This document shows, in pieces, positions 35,801-50,800 of a stretch of 64,000 nucleotides of DNA. The position numbers and the translations under genes are program-made. The DNA comes from Eledone cirrhosa (Eukaryota): the NCBI GenBank assembly GCA_964016885.1, contig OZ024743.1:339264001-339328000 (forward strand). Direction: 5' to 3'. Position 1 is the first letter of the stretch. Each line of letters begins with the position of its first letter. The notes beneath the pieces are model-generated. The model was given only the letters and a program-made list of their open reading frames with translations, did no database searches and was not told where the DNA came from.

Positions 35801-38800
35801 ACCAAGTGGAGTTGGGGGTCTATATCTCTCTTACATACACTCCTGCACTCTACCAAGTGGAGCTGGGGTTCTATATCTCTTACATACAATCCTGCCCTCT
35901 ACCAAGTGGAGTTGGGAGGTTCTATCTCTCTTACATACACTCCTGAACTCTACCAAGTGGAGCTGGGGTTCTATATCTCCCTTACATACACTCCTGCACT
36001 CTACCAAGTGGAGCTGGGAGTCTATATCTCTTACATACACTTCTGCACTCTACCAAGTGGAGCTGGGAGTCTATATCTCTATTACATACACTCCTGCACT
36101 CTACCAAGTGTAGCTGGGAGTCTATATCTCTTACATACACACCTGCACTCTACCAAGTGGAGTTGGGGGTCTATATCTCTCTTACATACACTCCTGCACT
36201 CTACCAAGTGGAGCTGGGGCTTTATATCTCTCTTACATACACTCCTGCACTCTACCAAGTGGAGTTGGGGGTCTATATATCTCTTACATACACTCCTGCA
36301 CTCTACCAAGTGGAGTTGGGGGTCTATATCTCGCTTACATACACTTCTGCACTCTACCAAGTGGAACTGGGGTTCTATATTTCTCTTACATACACTCCTT
36401 CACTCTACCAAGTGGAGTTGGGGGTCTATATCTCTTACATACAATCCTGCCCTCTACCAAGTGGAGTTGGGGGGTTCTATCTCTCTTACATACACTCCTG
36501 CACTCTACCAAGTGGAGCTGGGAGTCTATATCTCTCTTACATACACTCCTGCACTCTACCAAGTGGAGCTGGGAGTCTATATCTCTCTTACATACACTCC
36601 TGCACTCTACCAAGTGGAGTTGGGGGTCTATATCTCTCTTACATACACTCCTGCACTCTACCAAGTGGAGTTGGGGGGGTCTATATCTCTCTTACATACA
36701 CTCCTGCACTCTACCAAGTGGAGTTGGGGGTCTATATCTCTCTTACATACACTCCTGCACTCTACCAAGTGGAACTGGGGTCTATATATCTCTTACATAC
36801 ACTCCTGCACTCTACCAAGTGGAGCTGGGGCTTTATATCTCTCTTACATACACTCCTGCACTCTACCAAGTGGAGTTGGGGTTCTATATCTCTCTTACAT
36901 ACACTCCTGCACTCTACCAAGTGGAGCTGAGAGTCTATATCTCTATTACATACACTCCTGCACTCTACCAAGTGGAGTTGGGGGTCTATATCTCTCTTAC
37001 ATACACTCCTGCACTCTACCAAGTGGAGTTGGGGGGGTCTATATCTCTCTTACATACACTCCTGCACTCTACCAAGTGGAGTTGGGGGTCTATATCTCTC
37101 TTACATACACTCCTGCACTCTACCAAGTGGAGCTGGGGTTCTATATCTCTTACATACAATCCTGCCCTCTACCAAGTGGAGTTGGGAGGTTCTATCTCTC
37201 TTACATACACTCCTGAACTCTACCAAGTGGAGCTGGGGTTCTATATCTCCCTTACATACACTCCTGCACTCTACCAAGTGGAGCTGGGAGTCTATATCTC
37301 TTACATACACTTCTGCACTCTACCAAGTGGAGCTGGGAGTCTATATCTCTATTACATACACTCCTGCACTCTACCAAGTGGAGCTGGGAGTCTATATCTC
37401 TCTTACATACACTCCTGCACTCTACCAAGTGGAGCTGGGAGTCTATATCTCTCTTACATACACTCCTTCACTCTACCAAGTGGAGCTGGGGTTCTATATA
37501 TCTTACATACAATCCTTCCCTCTACCAAGTGGAGTTGGGGGGTTCTATCTCTCTTACATACACTCCTGAACTCTACCAAGTGGAGCTGGGGTTCTATATC
37601 TCCCTTACATACACTCCTGCACTCTACCAAGTGGAGCTGGGAGTCTATATCTCTTACATACCCTTCTGCACTCTACCAAGTGGAGCTGGGAGTCTATATC
37701 TCTCTTACATACACTCCTTCACTCTACCAAGTGGAGTTGGGAGTCTATATATCTCTTACATACACTCCTGCACTCTACCAAGTGGAGATGGGGTTCTATA
37801 TCTCTCTTACATACACTCCTACACTCTACCAAGTGGAGTTTGGAATCTATATCTCTCTTACATACACTCCTGCACTCTACCAAGTGGAGCTGGGAGTCTA
37901 TATCTCTATTACATACACTCCTGCACTCTACCAAGTGGAGCTGGAGGTCTATATCTCTCTTACATACACTCCGGCACTCTACCAAGTGGAGTTGTGGGTC
38001 TATATCTCTTTTACATACACTCCTGCACTCTACCAAGTGGAGCTGGGGTTCTATATCTCTCTTACATACACTCCTGCACTCTACCAAGTGGAGCTGGGGT
38101 TCTATATATCTTACATACAATCCTGCCCTCTACCAAGTGGAGTTGGGGGGTTCTATCTCTCTTACATACACTCCTGAACTCTACCAAGTGGAGCTGGGGT
38201 TCTATATCTCCCTTACATACACTCCTGCACTCTACCAAGTGGAGCTGGGAGTCTATATCTCTTACATACCCTTCTGCACTCTACCAAGTGGAGCTGGGAG
38301 TCTATATCTCTCTTACATACACTCCTGCACTCTACCAAGTGGAGCTGGGAGTCTATATCTCTCTTACATACACTCCTTCACTCTACCAAGTGGAGTTGGG
38401 AGTCTATATTTCTCTTACATACACTCCTGCACTCTACCAAGTGGAGTTGCGGGGTCTATATCTCTCTTACATACACTCCTGCACTCTACCAAGTGGAGTT
38501 GGGGGTCTATATCTCTCTTACATACACTCCTGCACTCTACCAAGTGGAACTGGGGTCTATATATCTCTTACATACACTCCTGCACTCTACCAAGTGGAGC
38601 TGGGGGTTTATATCTCTCTTACATACACTCCTGCACTCTACCAAGTGGAGTTGGGGGTCTATATCTCTTACATACAATCCTGCCCTATACCAAGTGGAGT
38701 TGGGGGGTTCTATCTCTCTTACATACACTCCTGCACTCTACCAAGTGGAGTTGGGGGTCTATATATCTCTTACATACACTCCTGCACTCTACCAAGTGGA

Positions 38801-41800
38801 GTTGGGGGTCTATATCTCACTTACATACACTTATGCACTCTACCAAGTGGAACTGGGGTTCTATATTTCTCTTACATACACTCCTTCACTCTACCAAGTG
38901 GAGTTGGGGGTCTATATCTCTTACATACAATCCTGCCCTCTACCAAGTGGAGTTGGGGGGTTCTATCTCTCTTACATACACTCCTGCACTCTACCAAGTG
39001 GAGCTGGGAGTCTATATTTCTCTTACATACACTCCTGCACTCTACCAAGTGGAGCTGGGAGTCTATATCTCTCTTACATACACTCCTGCACTCTACCAAG
39101 TGGAGTTGGGGGTCTATATCTCTCTTACATACACTCCTGCACTCTACCAAGTGGAGTTGGGGGGTCTATATCTCTCTTACATACACTCCTGCACTCTACC
39201 AAGTGGAGTTGGGGGTCTATATCTCTCTTACGTACACTCCTGCACTCTACCAAGTGGAACTGGGGTCTATATATCTCTTACATACACTTCTGCACTCTAC
39301 CAAGTGGAGCTGGGGTCTATATATCTCTTACATACACTCCTGCACTCTACCAAGTGGAGCTGGGGTTTATATCTCTCTTACATACACTCCTGCACTCTAC
39401 CAAGTGGAGTTGGGAGTCTATATCTCTCTTACATACACTCCTGCACTCTACCAAGTGGAGCTGGGGTCTATATATCTCTTACATACACTCCTGCACTCTA
39501 CCAAGTGGAGCTGGAGGTCTATATATCTCTTACATACACTCCTGCACTCTACCAAGTGGAGATGGGGTTCTATATCTCTCTTACATACACTCCTACACTC
39601 TACCAAGTGGAGTTTAGAATCTATATCTCTCTTACATACACTCCTGCACTCTACCAAGTGGAGCTGAGAGTCTATATCTCTCTTACATACACTCCTGCAC
39701 TCTACCAAGTGGAGCTGGGAGTCTATATCTCTCTTACATACACTCCTTCACTCTACCAAGTGGAGCTGGGAGTCTATATCTCTTACATACACTCCTGCAC
39801 TCTACCAAGTGGAGCTGGGAGTCTATATCTCTTACATACACTTCTGCACTCTACCAAGTGGAGCTGGGGGTCTATATCTCACTTACATACACTTCTGCAC
39901 TCTACCAAGTGGAACTGGGTTCTATATTTCTCTTACATACACTCCTTCACTCTACCAAGTGGAGTTGGGGGTCTATATCTCTTACATACAATCCTGCCCT
40001 CTACCAAGTGGAGTTGGGGGGTTCTATCTCTCTTACATACACTCCTGCACTCTACCAAGTGGAGTTGGGAGTCTATATCTGTCTTACATACACTCCTGCA
40101 CTCTACCAAGTGGAGCTGGAGTCTATATATCTCTTACATACACTCCTGCACTCTACCAAGTGGAGATGGGGTTCTATATCTCTCTTACATACACTCCTGC
40201 ACTCTACCAACTAGAGTTGGGGGGTCTATATCTCTCTTACATACACTTCTGCACTCTACCAAGTGGAGTTGGGGGGTCTATATCTCTTACATACACTCCT
40301 GCACTCTACCAAGTGGAGTTGGGGGTCTATATCTCTTACATACACTCCTGCACTCTACCAAGTGGAGCTGGGGTCTATATCTCTCTTACATACACTCCTG
40401 CACTCTACCAAGTGGAGTTGGGAGTCTATATCTCTCTTACATACACTCCTGCACTCTACCAAGTAGAGTTGGGGTCTATATCTCACTAACATACACTCCT
40501 GCACTCTACCAAGTGGAGCTGGGAGTCTATATCTCTCTTACATACACTCCTGCACTCAACCAAGTGGTGCTGGGAGTCTATATCTCTCTTACATACACTC
40601 CTTCACTCTACCAAGTGGAGCTGGGAGTCTATATTTCTCTTACATACACTCCTGCACTCTACCAAGTGGAGTTGCGGGGTCTATATCTCTCTTACATACA
40701 CTCCTGCACTCTACCAAGTGTAGCTGGGAGTCTATATCTCTTACATACACACCTGCACTCTACCAAGTGGAGTTGGGGGTCTATATCTCTCTTACATACA
40801 CTCCTGCACTCTACCAAGTGGAGCTGGGGCTTTATATCTCTCTTACATACACTCCTGCACTCTACCAAGTGGAGTTGGGGGTCTATATATCTCTTACATA
40901 CACTCCTGCACTCTACCAAGTGGAGTTGGGGGTCTATATCTCGCTTACATACACTTCTGCACTCTACCAAGTGGAACTGGGGTTCTATATTTCTCTTACA
41001 TACACTCCTTCACTCTACCAAGTGGAGTTGGGGGTCTATATCTCTTACATACAATCCTGCCCTCTACCAAGTGGAGTTGGGGGGTTCTATCTCTCTTACA
41101 TACACTCCTGCACTCTACCAAGTGGAGCTGGGAGTCTATATCTCTCTTACATACACTCCTGCACTCTACCAAGTGGAGCTGGGAGTCTATATCTCTCTTA
41201 CATACACTCCTGCACTCTACCAAGTGGAGTTGGGGGTCTATATCTCTCTTACATACACTCCTGCACTCTACCAAGTGGAGTTGGGGGGTCTATATCTCTC
41301 TTACATACACTCCTGCACTCTACCAAGTGGAGTTGGGGGTCTATATCTCTCTTACATACACTCCTGCACTCTACCAAGTGGAACTGGGGTCTATATATCT
41401 CTTACATACACTCCTGCACTCTACCAAGTGGAGCTGGGGCTTTATATCTCTCTTACATACACTCCTGCACTCTACCAAGTGGAGTTGGGGTTCTATATCT
41501 CTCTTACATACACTCCTGCACTCTACCAAGTGGAGCTGAGAGTCTATATCTCTATTACATACACTCCTGCACTCTACCAAGTGGAGCTGGAAGTCTATAT
41601 CTCTCTTACATATACTCCTGCACTCTACCAAGTGGAGCTGGAGGTCTATATCTCTCTTACATACACTCCTGCATTCTACCAAGTGGAGTTGTGGGTCTAT
41701 ATCTCTTTTACATACACTCCTGCACTCTACCAAGTGGAGCTGGGGTTCTATATCTCTTACATACAATCCTGCCCTCTACCAAGTGGAGTTGGGAGGTTCT

Positions 41801-44800
41801 ATCTCTGTTACATACACTCCTGAACTCTACCAAGTGGAGCTGGGGTTCTATATCTCCCTTACATACACTCCTGCACTCTACCAAGTGGAGCTGGGAGTCT
41901 ATATCTCTTACATACACTTCTGCACTCTACCAAGTGGAGCTGGGAGTCTATATCTCTATTACATACACTCCTGCACTCTACCAAGTGGAGCTGGGAGTCT
42001 ATATCTCTCTTACATACACTCCTGCACTCTACCAAGTGGAGCTGGGAGTCTATATCTCTCTTACATACACTCCTTCACTCTACCAAGTGGAGTTGGGAGT
42101 CTATATTTCTCCTACATACACTCCTGCACTCTACCAAGCGGAGTTGCGGGGTCTATATCTCTCTTACATACACTCCTGCACTCTACCAAGTGGAGCTGGG
42201 AGTCTATATCTCTTACATACACTCCTGCACTCTACCAAGTGGAGTTGGGGGTCTATATCTCTCTTACATACACTCCTGCACTCTACCAAGTGGAACTGGG
42301 GTCTATATATCTCTTACATACACTCCTGCACTCTACCAAGTGGAGCTGGGAGTCTATATCTCTTACATACACTTCTGCACTCTACCAAGTGGAGCTGGGA
42401 GTCTATATCTCTATTACATACACTCCTGCACTCTACCAAGTGGAGCTGGGGGTCTATATCTCACTTACATACACTTCTGCACTCTACCAAGTGGAACTGG
42501 GGTTCTATATTTCTCTTACATACACTCCTTCACTCTACCAAGTGGAGTTGGGGGTCTATATCTCTTACATACAATCCTGCCCTCTACCAAGTGGAGTTGG
42601 GGGGTTCTATCTCTCTTACATACACTCCTGCACTCTACTAAGTGGAGTTGGGAGTCTATATCTGTCTTACATACACTCCTGCACTATACGAAGTGGAGAT
42701 GGGGTTCTATATCTCTCTTACATACACTCCTGCACTGTACCAAGTAGAGTTGGGGGGGTCTATATCTCTCTTATATACACTTCTGCACTCTACCAAGTGG
42801 AGTTGGGGGGTCTATATCTCTTACATACACTCCTGCACTCTACCAAGTGGAGTTGGGGGTCTATATCTCTTACATACACTCCTGCACTCTACCAAGTGGA
42901 GCTGGGGTCTATATCTCTCTTACATACACTCCTGCACTCTACCAAGTGGAGTTGGGAGTCTATATCTCTCTTACATACACTCCTGCACTCTACCAAGTAG
43001 AGTTGGGGTCTATATCTCACTAACATACACTCCTGCACTCTACCAAGTGGAGCTGGGAGTCTATATCCCTCTTACATACACTCCTGCACTCTACCAAGTG
43101 GAGCTGGGAGTCTATATCTCTCTTACATACACTCCTTCACTCTACCAAGTGGAGCTGGGAGTCTATATTTCTCTTACATACACTCCTGCACTCTACCAAG
43201 TGGAGTTGCGGGGTCTATATCTCTCTTACATACACTCCTGCACTCTACCAAGTGTAGCTGGGAGTCTATATCTCTTACATACACTCCTGCACTCTACCAA
43301 GTGGAGTTGGGGGTCTATATCTCTCTTACATACACTCCTGCACTCTACCAAGTGGAACTGGGGTCTATATATCTCTTACATACACTCCTGCACTCTACCA
43401 AGTGGAGCTGGGGCTTTATATCTCTCTTACATACACTCCTGCACTCTACCAAGTGGAGTTGGGGGTCTATATATCTCTTACATACACTCCTGCACTCTAC
43501 CAAGTGGAGTTGGGGGTCTATATCTCGCTTACATACACTTCTGCACACTACCAAGTGGAACTGGGGTTCTATATTTCTCTTACATACACTCCTTCACTCT
43601 ACCAAGTGGAGTTGGGGGTCTATATCTCTTACATACAATCCTGCCCTCTACCAAGTGGAGTTGGGGGGTTCTATCTCTCTTACATACACTCCTGCACTCT
43701 ACCAAGTGGAGCTGGGAGTCTATATCTCTCTTACATACACTCCTGCACTCTACCAAGTGGAGCTGGGAGTCTATATCTCTCTTACATACACTCCTGCACT
43801 CTACCAAGTGGAGTTGGGGGTCTATATCTCTCTTACATACACTCCTGCACTCTACCAAGTGGAGTTGGGGGGTCTATATCTCTCTTACATACACTCCTGC
43901 ACTCTACCAAGTGGAGTTGGGGGTCTATATCTCTCTTACGTACACTCCTGCACTCTACCAAGTGGAACTGGGGTCTATATATCTCTTACATACACTCCTG
44001 CAGTCTACCAAGTGGAGTTGGGGGTCTATATCTCTCTTACGTACACTCCTGCACTCTACCAAGTGGAACTGGGGTCTATATATCTCTTACATACACTTCT
44101 GCACTCTACCAAGTGGAGCTGGGGTCTATATATCTCTTACATACACTCCTGCACTCTACCAAGTGGAGCTGGAGGTCTATATATCTCTTACATACACTCC
44201 TGCACTCTACCAAGTGGAGATGGGGTTCTATATCTCTCTTACATACACTCCTACACTCTACCAAGTGGAGTTTAGAATCTATATCTCTCTTACATACACT
44301 CCTGCACTCTACCAAGTGGAGCTGAGAGTCTATATCTCTATTACATACACTCCTGCACTCTACCAAGTGGAGCTGGAAGTCTATATCTCTCTTACATATA
44401 CTCCTGCACTCTACCAAGTGGAGCTGGAGGTCTATATCTCTCTTACATACACTCCTGCATTCTACCAAGTGGAGTTGTGGGTCTATATCTCTTTTACATA
44501 CACTCCTGCACTCTACCAAGTGGAGCTGGGGTTCTATATCTCCCTTACATACACTCCTGCACTCTACCAAGTGGAGCTGGGAGTCTATATCTCTTACATA
44601 CACTTCTGCACTCTACCAAGTGGAGCTGGGAGTCTATATCTCTATTACATACACTCCTGCACTCTACCAAGTGGAGCTGGGAGTCTATATCTCTCTTACA
44701 TACACTCCTGCACTCTACCAAGTGGAGCTGGGAGTCTATATCTCTCTTACATACACTCCTTCACTCTACCAAGTGGAGTTGGGAGTCTATATTTCTCCTA

Positions 44801-47800
44801 CATACACTCCTGCACTCTACCAAGCGGAGTTGCGGGGTCTATATCTCTCTTACATACACTCCTGCACTCTACCAAGTGGAGCTGGGAGTCTATATCTCTC
44901 GTACATACACTCCTGCACTCTACCAAGTGGAGCTGGGGTTCTATATCTCTTACATACAATCCTGCCCTCTACCAAGTGGAGTTGGGGGATTCTATCTCTC
45001 TTACATACACTCCTGAACTCTACCAAGTGGAGCTGGGGTTCTATATCTCCCTTACATACACTCCTGCACTCTACCAAGTGGAGCTGGGAGTCTATATCTC
45101 TTACATACACTTCTGCACTCTACCAAGTGGAGCTGGGAGTCTATATCTCTATTACATACACTCCTGCACTCTACCAAGTGGAGTTGGGAGTCTATATCTG
45201 TCTTACATACACTCCTGCACTCTACCAAGTGGAGCTGGAGTCTATATATCTCTTACATACACTCCTGCACTCTACCAAGTGGAGATGGGGTTCTATATCT
45301 CTCTTACATACACTCCTGCACTCTACCAAGTAGAGTTGGGGGGTCTATATCTCTCTTACATACACTTCTGCACTCTACCAAGTGGAGCTGGGGCTTTATA
45401 TCTCTCTTACATACACTCCTGCACTCTACCAAGTGGAGTTGGGGGTCTATATCTCTTACATACACTCCTGCACTCTACCAAGTGGAGCTGGGGTCTATAT
45501 CTCTCTTACATACACTCCTGCACTCTACCAAGTGGGGCTGGGGTCTATATCTCTCTTACATACACTCCTGCACTCTACCAAGTGGAGTTGTGGTCTATAT
45601 CTCTATTACATACACTCCTTCACTCTACCTAGTGGGATTGGGAGTGTATATCTCTCTTACATACACTCCTGCACTCTACCAAGTAGAGTTGGGGTCTATA
45701 TCTCACTAACATACACTCCTGCACTCTACCAAGTGGAGTTGGGTGTCTATATCTCTCTTACATACACTCCTGCACTCTACCAAGTGGGGCTGGGGTCTAT
45801 ATCTCTCTTACATACACTCCTGCACTCTACCAAGTGGAGTTGTGGTCTATATCTCTATTACATACACTCCTTCACTCTACCAAGTGGAGTTGGGAGTCTA
45901 TATTTCTCTATCATACACTCCTGCACTCTACCAAGTGGAGTTGCAGGGTCTATATCTCTCTTACATACACTCCTGCACTCTACCAAGTGGAGCTGGGAGT
46001 CTATATCTCTTACATACACTCCTGCACTCTACCAAGTGGAGTTGGGGGTCTATATCTCTCTTACATACACTCCTGCACTCTACCAAGTGGAGCTGGAGTC
46101 TATATATCTCTTACATACACTCCTGCACTCTACCAAGTGGAGTTGTGGTCTATATCTCTATTACATACACTCCTTCACTCTACCAAGTGGAGTTGGGAGT
46201 CTATATTTCTCTTACATACACTCCAGCACTCTACCAAGTGGAGTTGCAGGGTCTATATCTCTCTTACATACACTCCTGCACTCTACCAAGTGGAACTGGG
46301 GTCTATATATCTCTTACATACACTCCTGCACTCTACCAAGTGGAGCTGGGGCTTTATATCTCTCTTACATACACTCCTGCACTCTACCAAGTGGAGTTGG
46401 GGGTCTATATATCTCTTACATACACTCCTGCACTCTACCAAGTGGAGTTGGGGGTCTATATCTCGCTTACATACACTTCTGCACACTACCAAGTGGAACT
46501 GGGGTTCTATATTTCTCTTACATACACTCCTTCACTCTACCAAGTGGAGTTGGGGGTCTATATCTCTTACATACAATCCTGCCCTCTACCAAGTGGAGTT
46601 GGGGGGTTCTATCTCTCTTACATACACTCCTGCACTCTACCAAGTGGAGCTGGGAGTCTATATCTCTCTTACATACACTCCTGCACTCTACCAAGTGGAG
46701 CTGGGAGTCTATATCTCTCTTACATACACTCCTGCACTCTACCAAGTGGAGTTGGGGGTCTATATCTCTCTTACATACACTCCTGCACTCTACCAAGTGG
46801 AGTTGGGGGGTCTATATCTCTCTTACATACACTCCTGCACTCTACCAAGTGGAGTTGGGGGTCTATATCTCTCTTACGTACACTCCTGCACTCTACCAAG
46901 TGGAACTGGGGTCTATATATCTCTTACATACACTCCTGCAGTCTACCAAGTGGAGTTGGGGGTCTATATCTCTCTTACGTACACTCCTGCACTCTACCAA
47001 GTGGAACTGGGGTCTATATATCTCTTACATACACTTCTGCACTCTACCAAGTGGAGCTGGGGTCTATATATCTCTTACATACACTCCTGCACTCTACCAA
47101 GTGGAGCTGGAGGTCTATATATCTCTTACATACACTCCTGCACTCTACCAAGTGGAGATGGGGTTCTATATCTCTCTTACATACACTCCTACACTCTACC
47201 AAGTGGAGTTTAGAATCTATATCTCTCTTACATACACTCCTGCACTCTACCAAGTGGAGCTGAGAGTCTATATCTCTATTACATACACTCCTGCACTCTA
47301 CCAAGTGGAGCTGGAAGTCTATATCTCTCTTACATATACTCCTGCACTCTACCAAGTGGAGCTGGAGGTCTATATCTCTCTTACATACACTCCTGCATTC
47401 TACCAAGTGGAGTTGTGGGTCTATATCTCTTTTACATACACTCCTGCACTCTACCAAGTGGAGCTGGGGTTCTATATCTCCCTTACATACACTCCTGCAC
47501 TCTACCAAGTGGAGCTGGGAGTCTATATCTCTTACATACACTTCTGCACTCTACCAAGTGGAGCTGGGAGTCTATATCTCTATTACATACACTCCTGCAC
47601 TCTACCAAGTGGAGCTGGGAGTCTATATCTCTCTTACATACACTCCTGCACTCTACCAAGTGGAGCTGGGAGTCTATATCTCTCTTACATACACTCCTTC
47701 ACTCTACCAAGTGGAGTTGGGAGTCTATATTTCTCCTACATACACTCCTGCACTCTACCAAGCGGAGTTGCGGGGTCTATATCTCTCTTACATACACTCC

Positions 47801-50800
47801 TGCACTCTACCAAGTGGAGCTGGGAGTCTATATCTCTCGTACATACACTCCTGCACTCTACCAAGTGGAGCTGGGGTTCTATATCTCTTACATACAATCC
47901 TGCCCTCTACCAAGTGGAGTTGGGGGATTCTATCTCTCTTACATACACTCCTGAACTCTACCAAGTGGAGCTGGGGTTCTATATCTCCCTTACATACACT
48001 CCTGCACTCTACCAAGTGGAGCTGGGAGTCTATATCTCTTACATACACTTCTGCACTCTACCAAGTGGAGCTGGGAGTCTATATCTCTATTACATACACT
48101 CCTGCACTCTACCAAGTGGAGTTGGGAGTCTATATCTGTCTTACATACACTCCTGCACTCTACCAAGTGGAGCTGGAGTCTATATATCTCTTACATACAC
48201 TCCTGCACTCTACCAAGTGGAGATGGGGTTCTATATCTCTCTTACATACACTCCTGCACTCTACCAAGTAGAGTTGGGGGGTCTATATCTCTCTTACATA
48301 CACTTCTGCACTCTACCAAGTGGAGCTGGGGCTTTATATCTCTCTTACATACACTCCTGCACTCTACCAAGTGGAGTTGGGGGTCTATATCTCTTACATA
48401 CACTCCTGCACTCTACCAAGTGGAGCTGGGGTCTATATCTCTCTTACATACACTCCTGCACTCTACCAAGTGGGGCTGGGGTCTATATCTCTCTTACATA
48501 CACTCCTGCACTCTACCAAGTGGAGTTGTGGTCTATATCTCTATTACATACACTCCTTCACTCTACCTAGTGGGATTGGGAGTGTATATCTCTCTTACAT
48601 ACACTCCTGCACTCTACCAAGTAGAGTTGGGGTCTATATCTCACTAACATACACTCCTGCACTCTACCAAGTGGAGTTGGGTGTCTATATCTCTCTTACA
48701 TACACTCCTGCACTCTACCAAGTGGGGCTGGGGTCTATATCTCTCTTACATACACTCCTGCACTCTACCAAGTGGAGTTGTGGTCTATATCTCTATTACA
48801 TACACTCCTTCACTCTACCAAGTGGAGTTGGGAGTCTATATTTCTCTATCATACACTCCTGCACTCTACCAAGTGGAGTTGCAGGGTCTATATCTCTCTT
48901 ACATACACTCCTGCACTCTACCAAGTGGAGCTGGGAGTCTATATCTCTTACATACACTCCTGCACTCTACCAAGTGGAGTTGGGGGTCTATATCTCTCTT
49001 ACATACACTCCTGCACTCTACCAAGTGGAGCTGGAGTCTATATATCTCTTACATACACTCCTGCACTCTACCAAGTGGAGTTGTGGTCTATATCTCTATT
49101 ACATACACTCCTTCACTCTACCAAGTGGAGTTGGGAGTCTATATTTCTCTTACATACACTCCAGCACTCTACCAAGTGGAGTTGCAGGGTCTATATCTCT
49201 CTTACATACACTCCTGCACTCTACCAAGTGGAGCTGGGAGTCTATATCTCTTACATACACTCCTGCACTCTACCAAGTGGAGTTGGGGGTCTATATCTCT
49301 CTTACATACACTCCTGCACTCTACCAAGTGGAGCTGGAGTCTATATATCTCTTACATACACTCCTGCACTCTACCAAGTGGAGCTGGGAGTCTATATCTC
49401 TCTGACATACACTCCTTCACTCTACCAAGTGGAGTTGGGAGTCTATATTTCTCCTACATACACTCCTGCACTCTACCAAGCGGAGTTGCGGGGTCTATAT
49501 CTCTCTTACATACACTCCTGCACTCTACCAAGTGGAGCTGGGAGTCTATATCTCTTACATACACTCCTGCACTCTACCAAGTGGAGTTGGGGGTCTATAT
49601 CTCTCTTACATACACTCCTGCACTCTACCAAGTGGAACTGGGGTCTATATATCTCTTACATACACTCCTGCACTCTACCAAGTGGAGCTGGGAGTCTATA
49701 TCTCTTACATACACTTCTGCACTCTACCAAGTGGAGCTGGGAGTCTATATCTCTATTACATACACTCCTGCACTCTACCAAGTGGAGCTGGGGGTCTATA
49801 TCTCACTTACATACACTTCTGCACTCTACCAAGTGGAACTGGGGTTCTATATTTCTCTTACATACACTCCTTCACTCTACCAAGTGGAGTTGGGGGTCTA
49901 TATCTCTTACATACAATCCTGCCCTCTACCAAGTGGAGTTGGGGGGTTCTATCTCTCTTACATACACTCCTGCACTCTACCAAGTGGAGTTGGGAGTCTA
50001 TATCTGTCTTACATACACTCCTGCACTCTACCAAGTGGAGATGGGGTTCTATATCTCTCTTACATACACTCCTGCACTGTACCAAGTAGAGTTGGGGGGT
50101 CTATATCTCTCTTATATACACTTCTGCACTCTACCAAGTGGAGTTGGGGGGTCTATATCTCTTACATACACTCCTGCACTCTACCAAGTGGAGTTGGGGG
50201 TCTATATCTCTTACATACACTCCTGCACTCTACCAAGTGGAGCTGGGGTCTATATCTCTCTTACATACACTCCTGCACTCTACCAAGTGGAGTTGGGAGT
50301 CTATATCTCTCTTACATACACTCCTGCACTCTACCAAGTAGAGTGGGGTCTATATCTCACTAACATACACTCCTGCACTCTACCAAGTGGAGCTGGGAGT
50401 CTATATCTCTCTTACATACACTCCTGCACTCTACCAAGTGGAGCTGGGAGTCTATATCTCTCTTACATACACTCCTTCACTCTACCAAGTGGAGCCGGGA
50501 GTCTATATTTCTCTTACATACACTCCTGCACTCTACCAAGTGGAGTTGCGGGGTCTATATCTCTCTTACATACACTCCTGCACTCTACCAAGTGTAGCTG
50601 GGAGTCTATATCTCTTACATACACTCCTGCACTCTACCAAGTGGAGTTGGGGGTCTATATCTCTCTTACATACACTCCTGTACTCTACCAAGTGGAACTG
50701 GGGTCTATATATCTCTTACATACACTCCTGCACTCTACCAAGTGGAGCTGGGGCTTTATATCTCTCTTACATACACTCCTGCACTCTACCAAGTGGAGTT

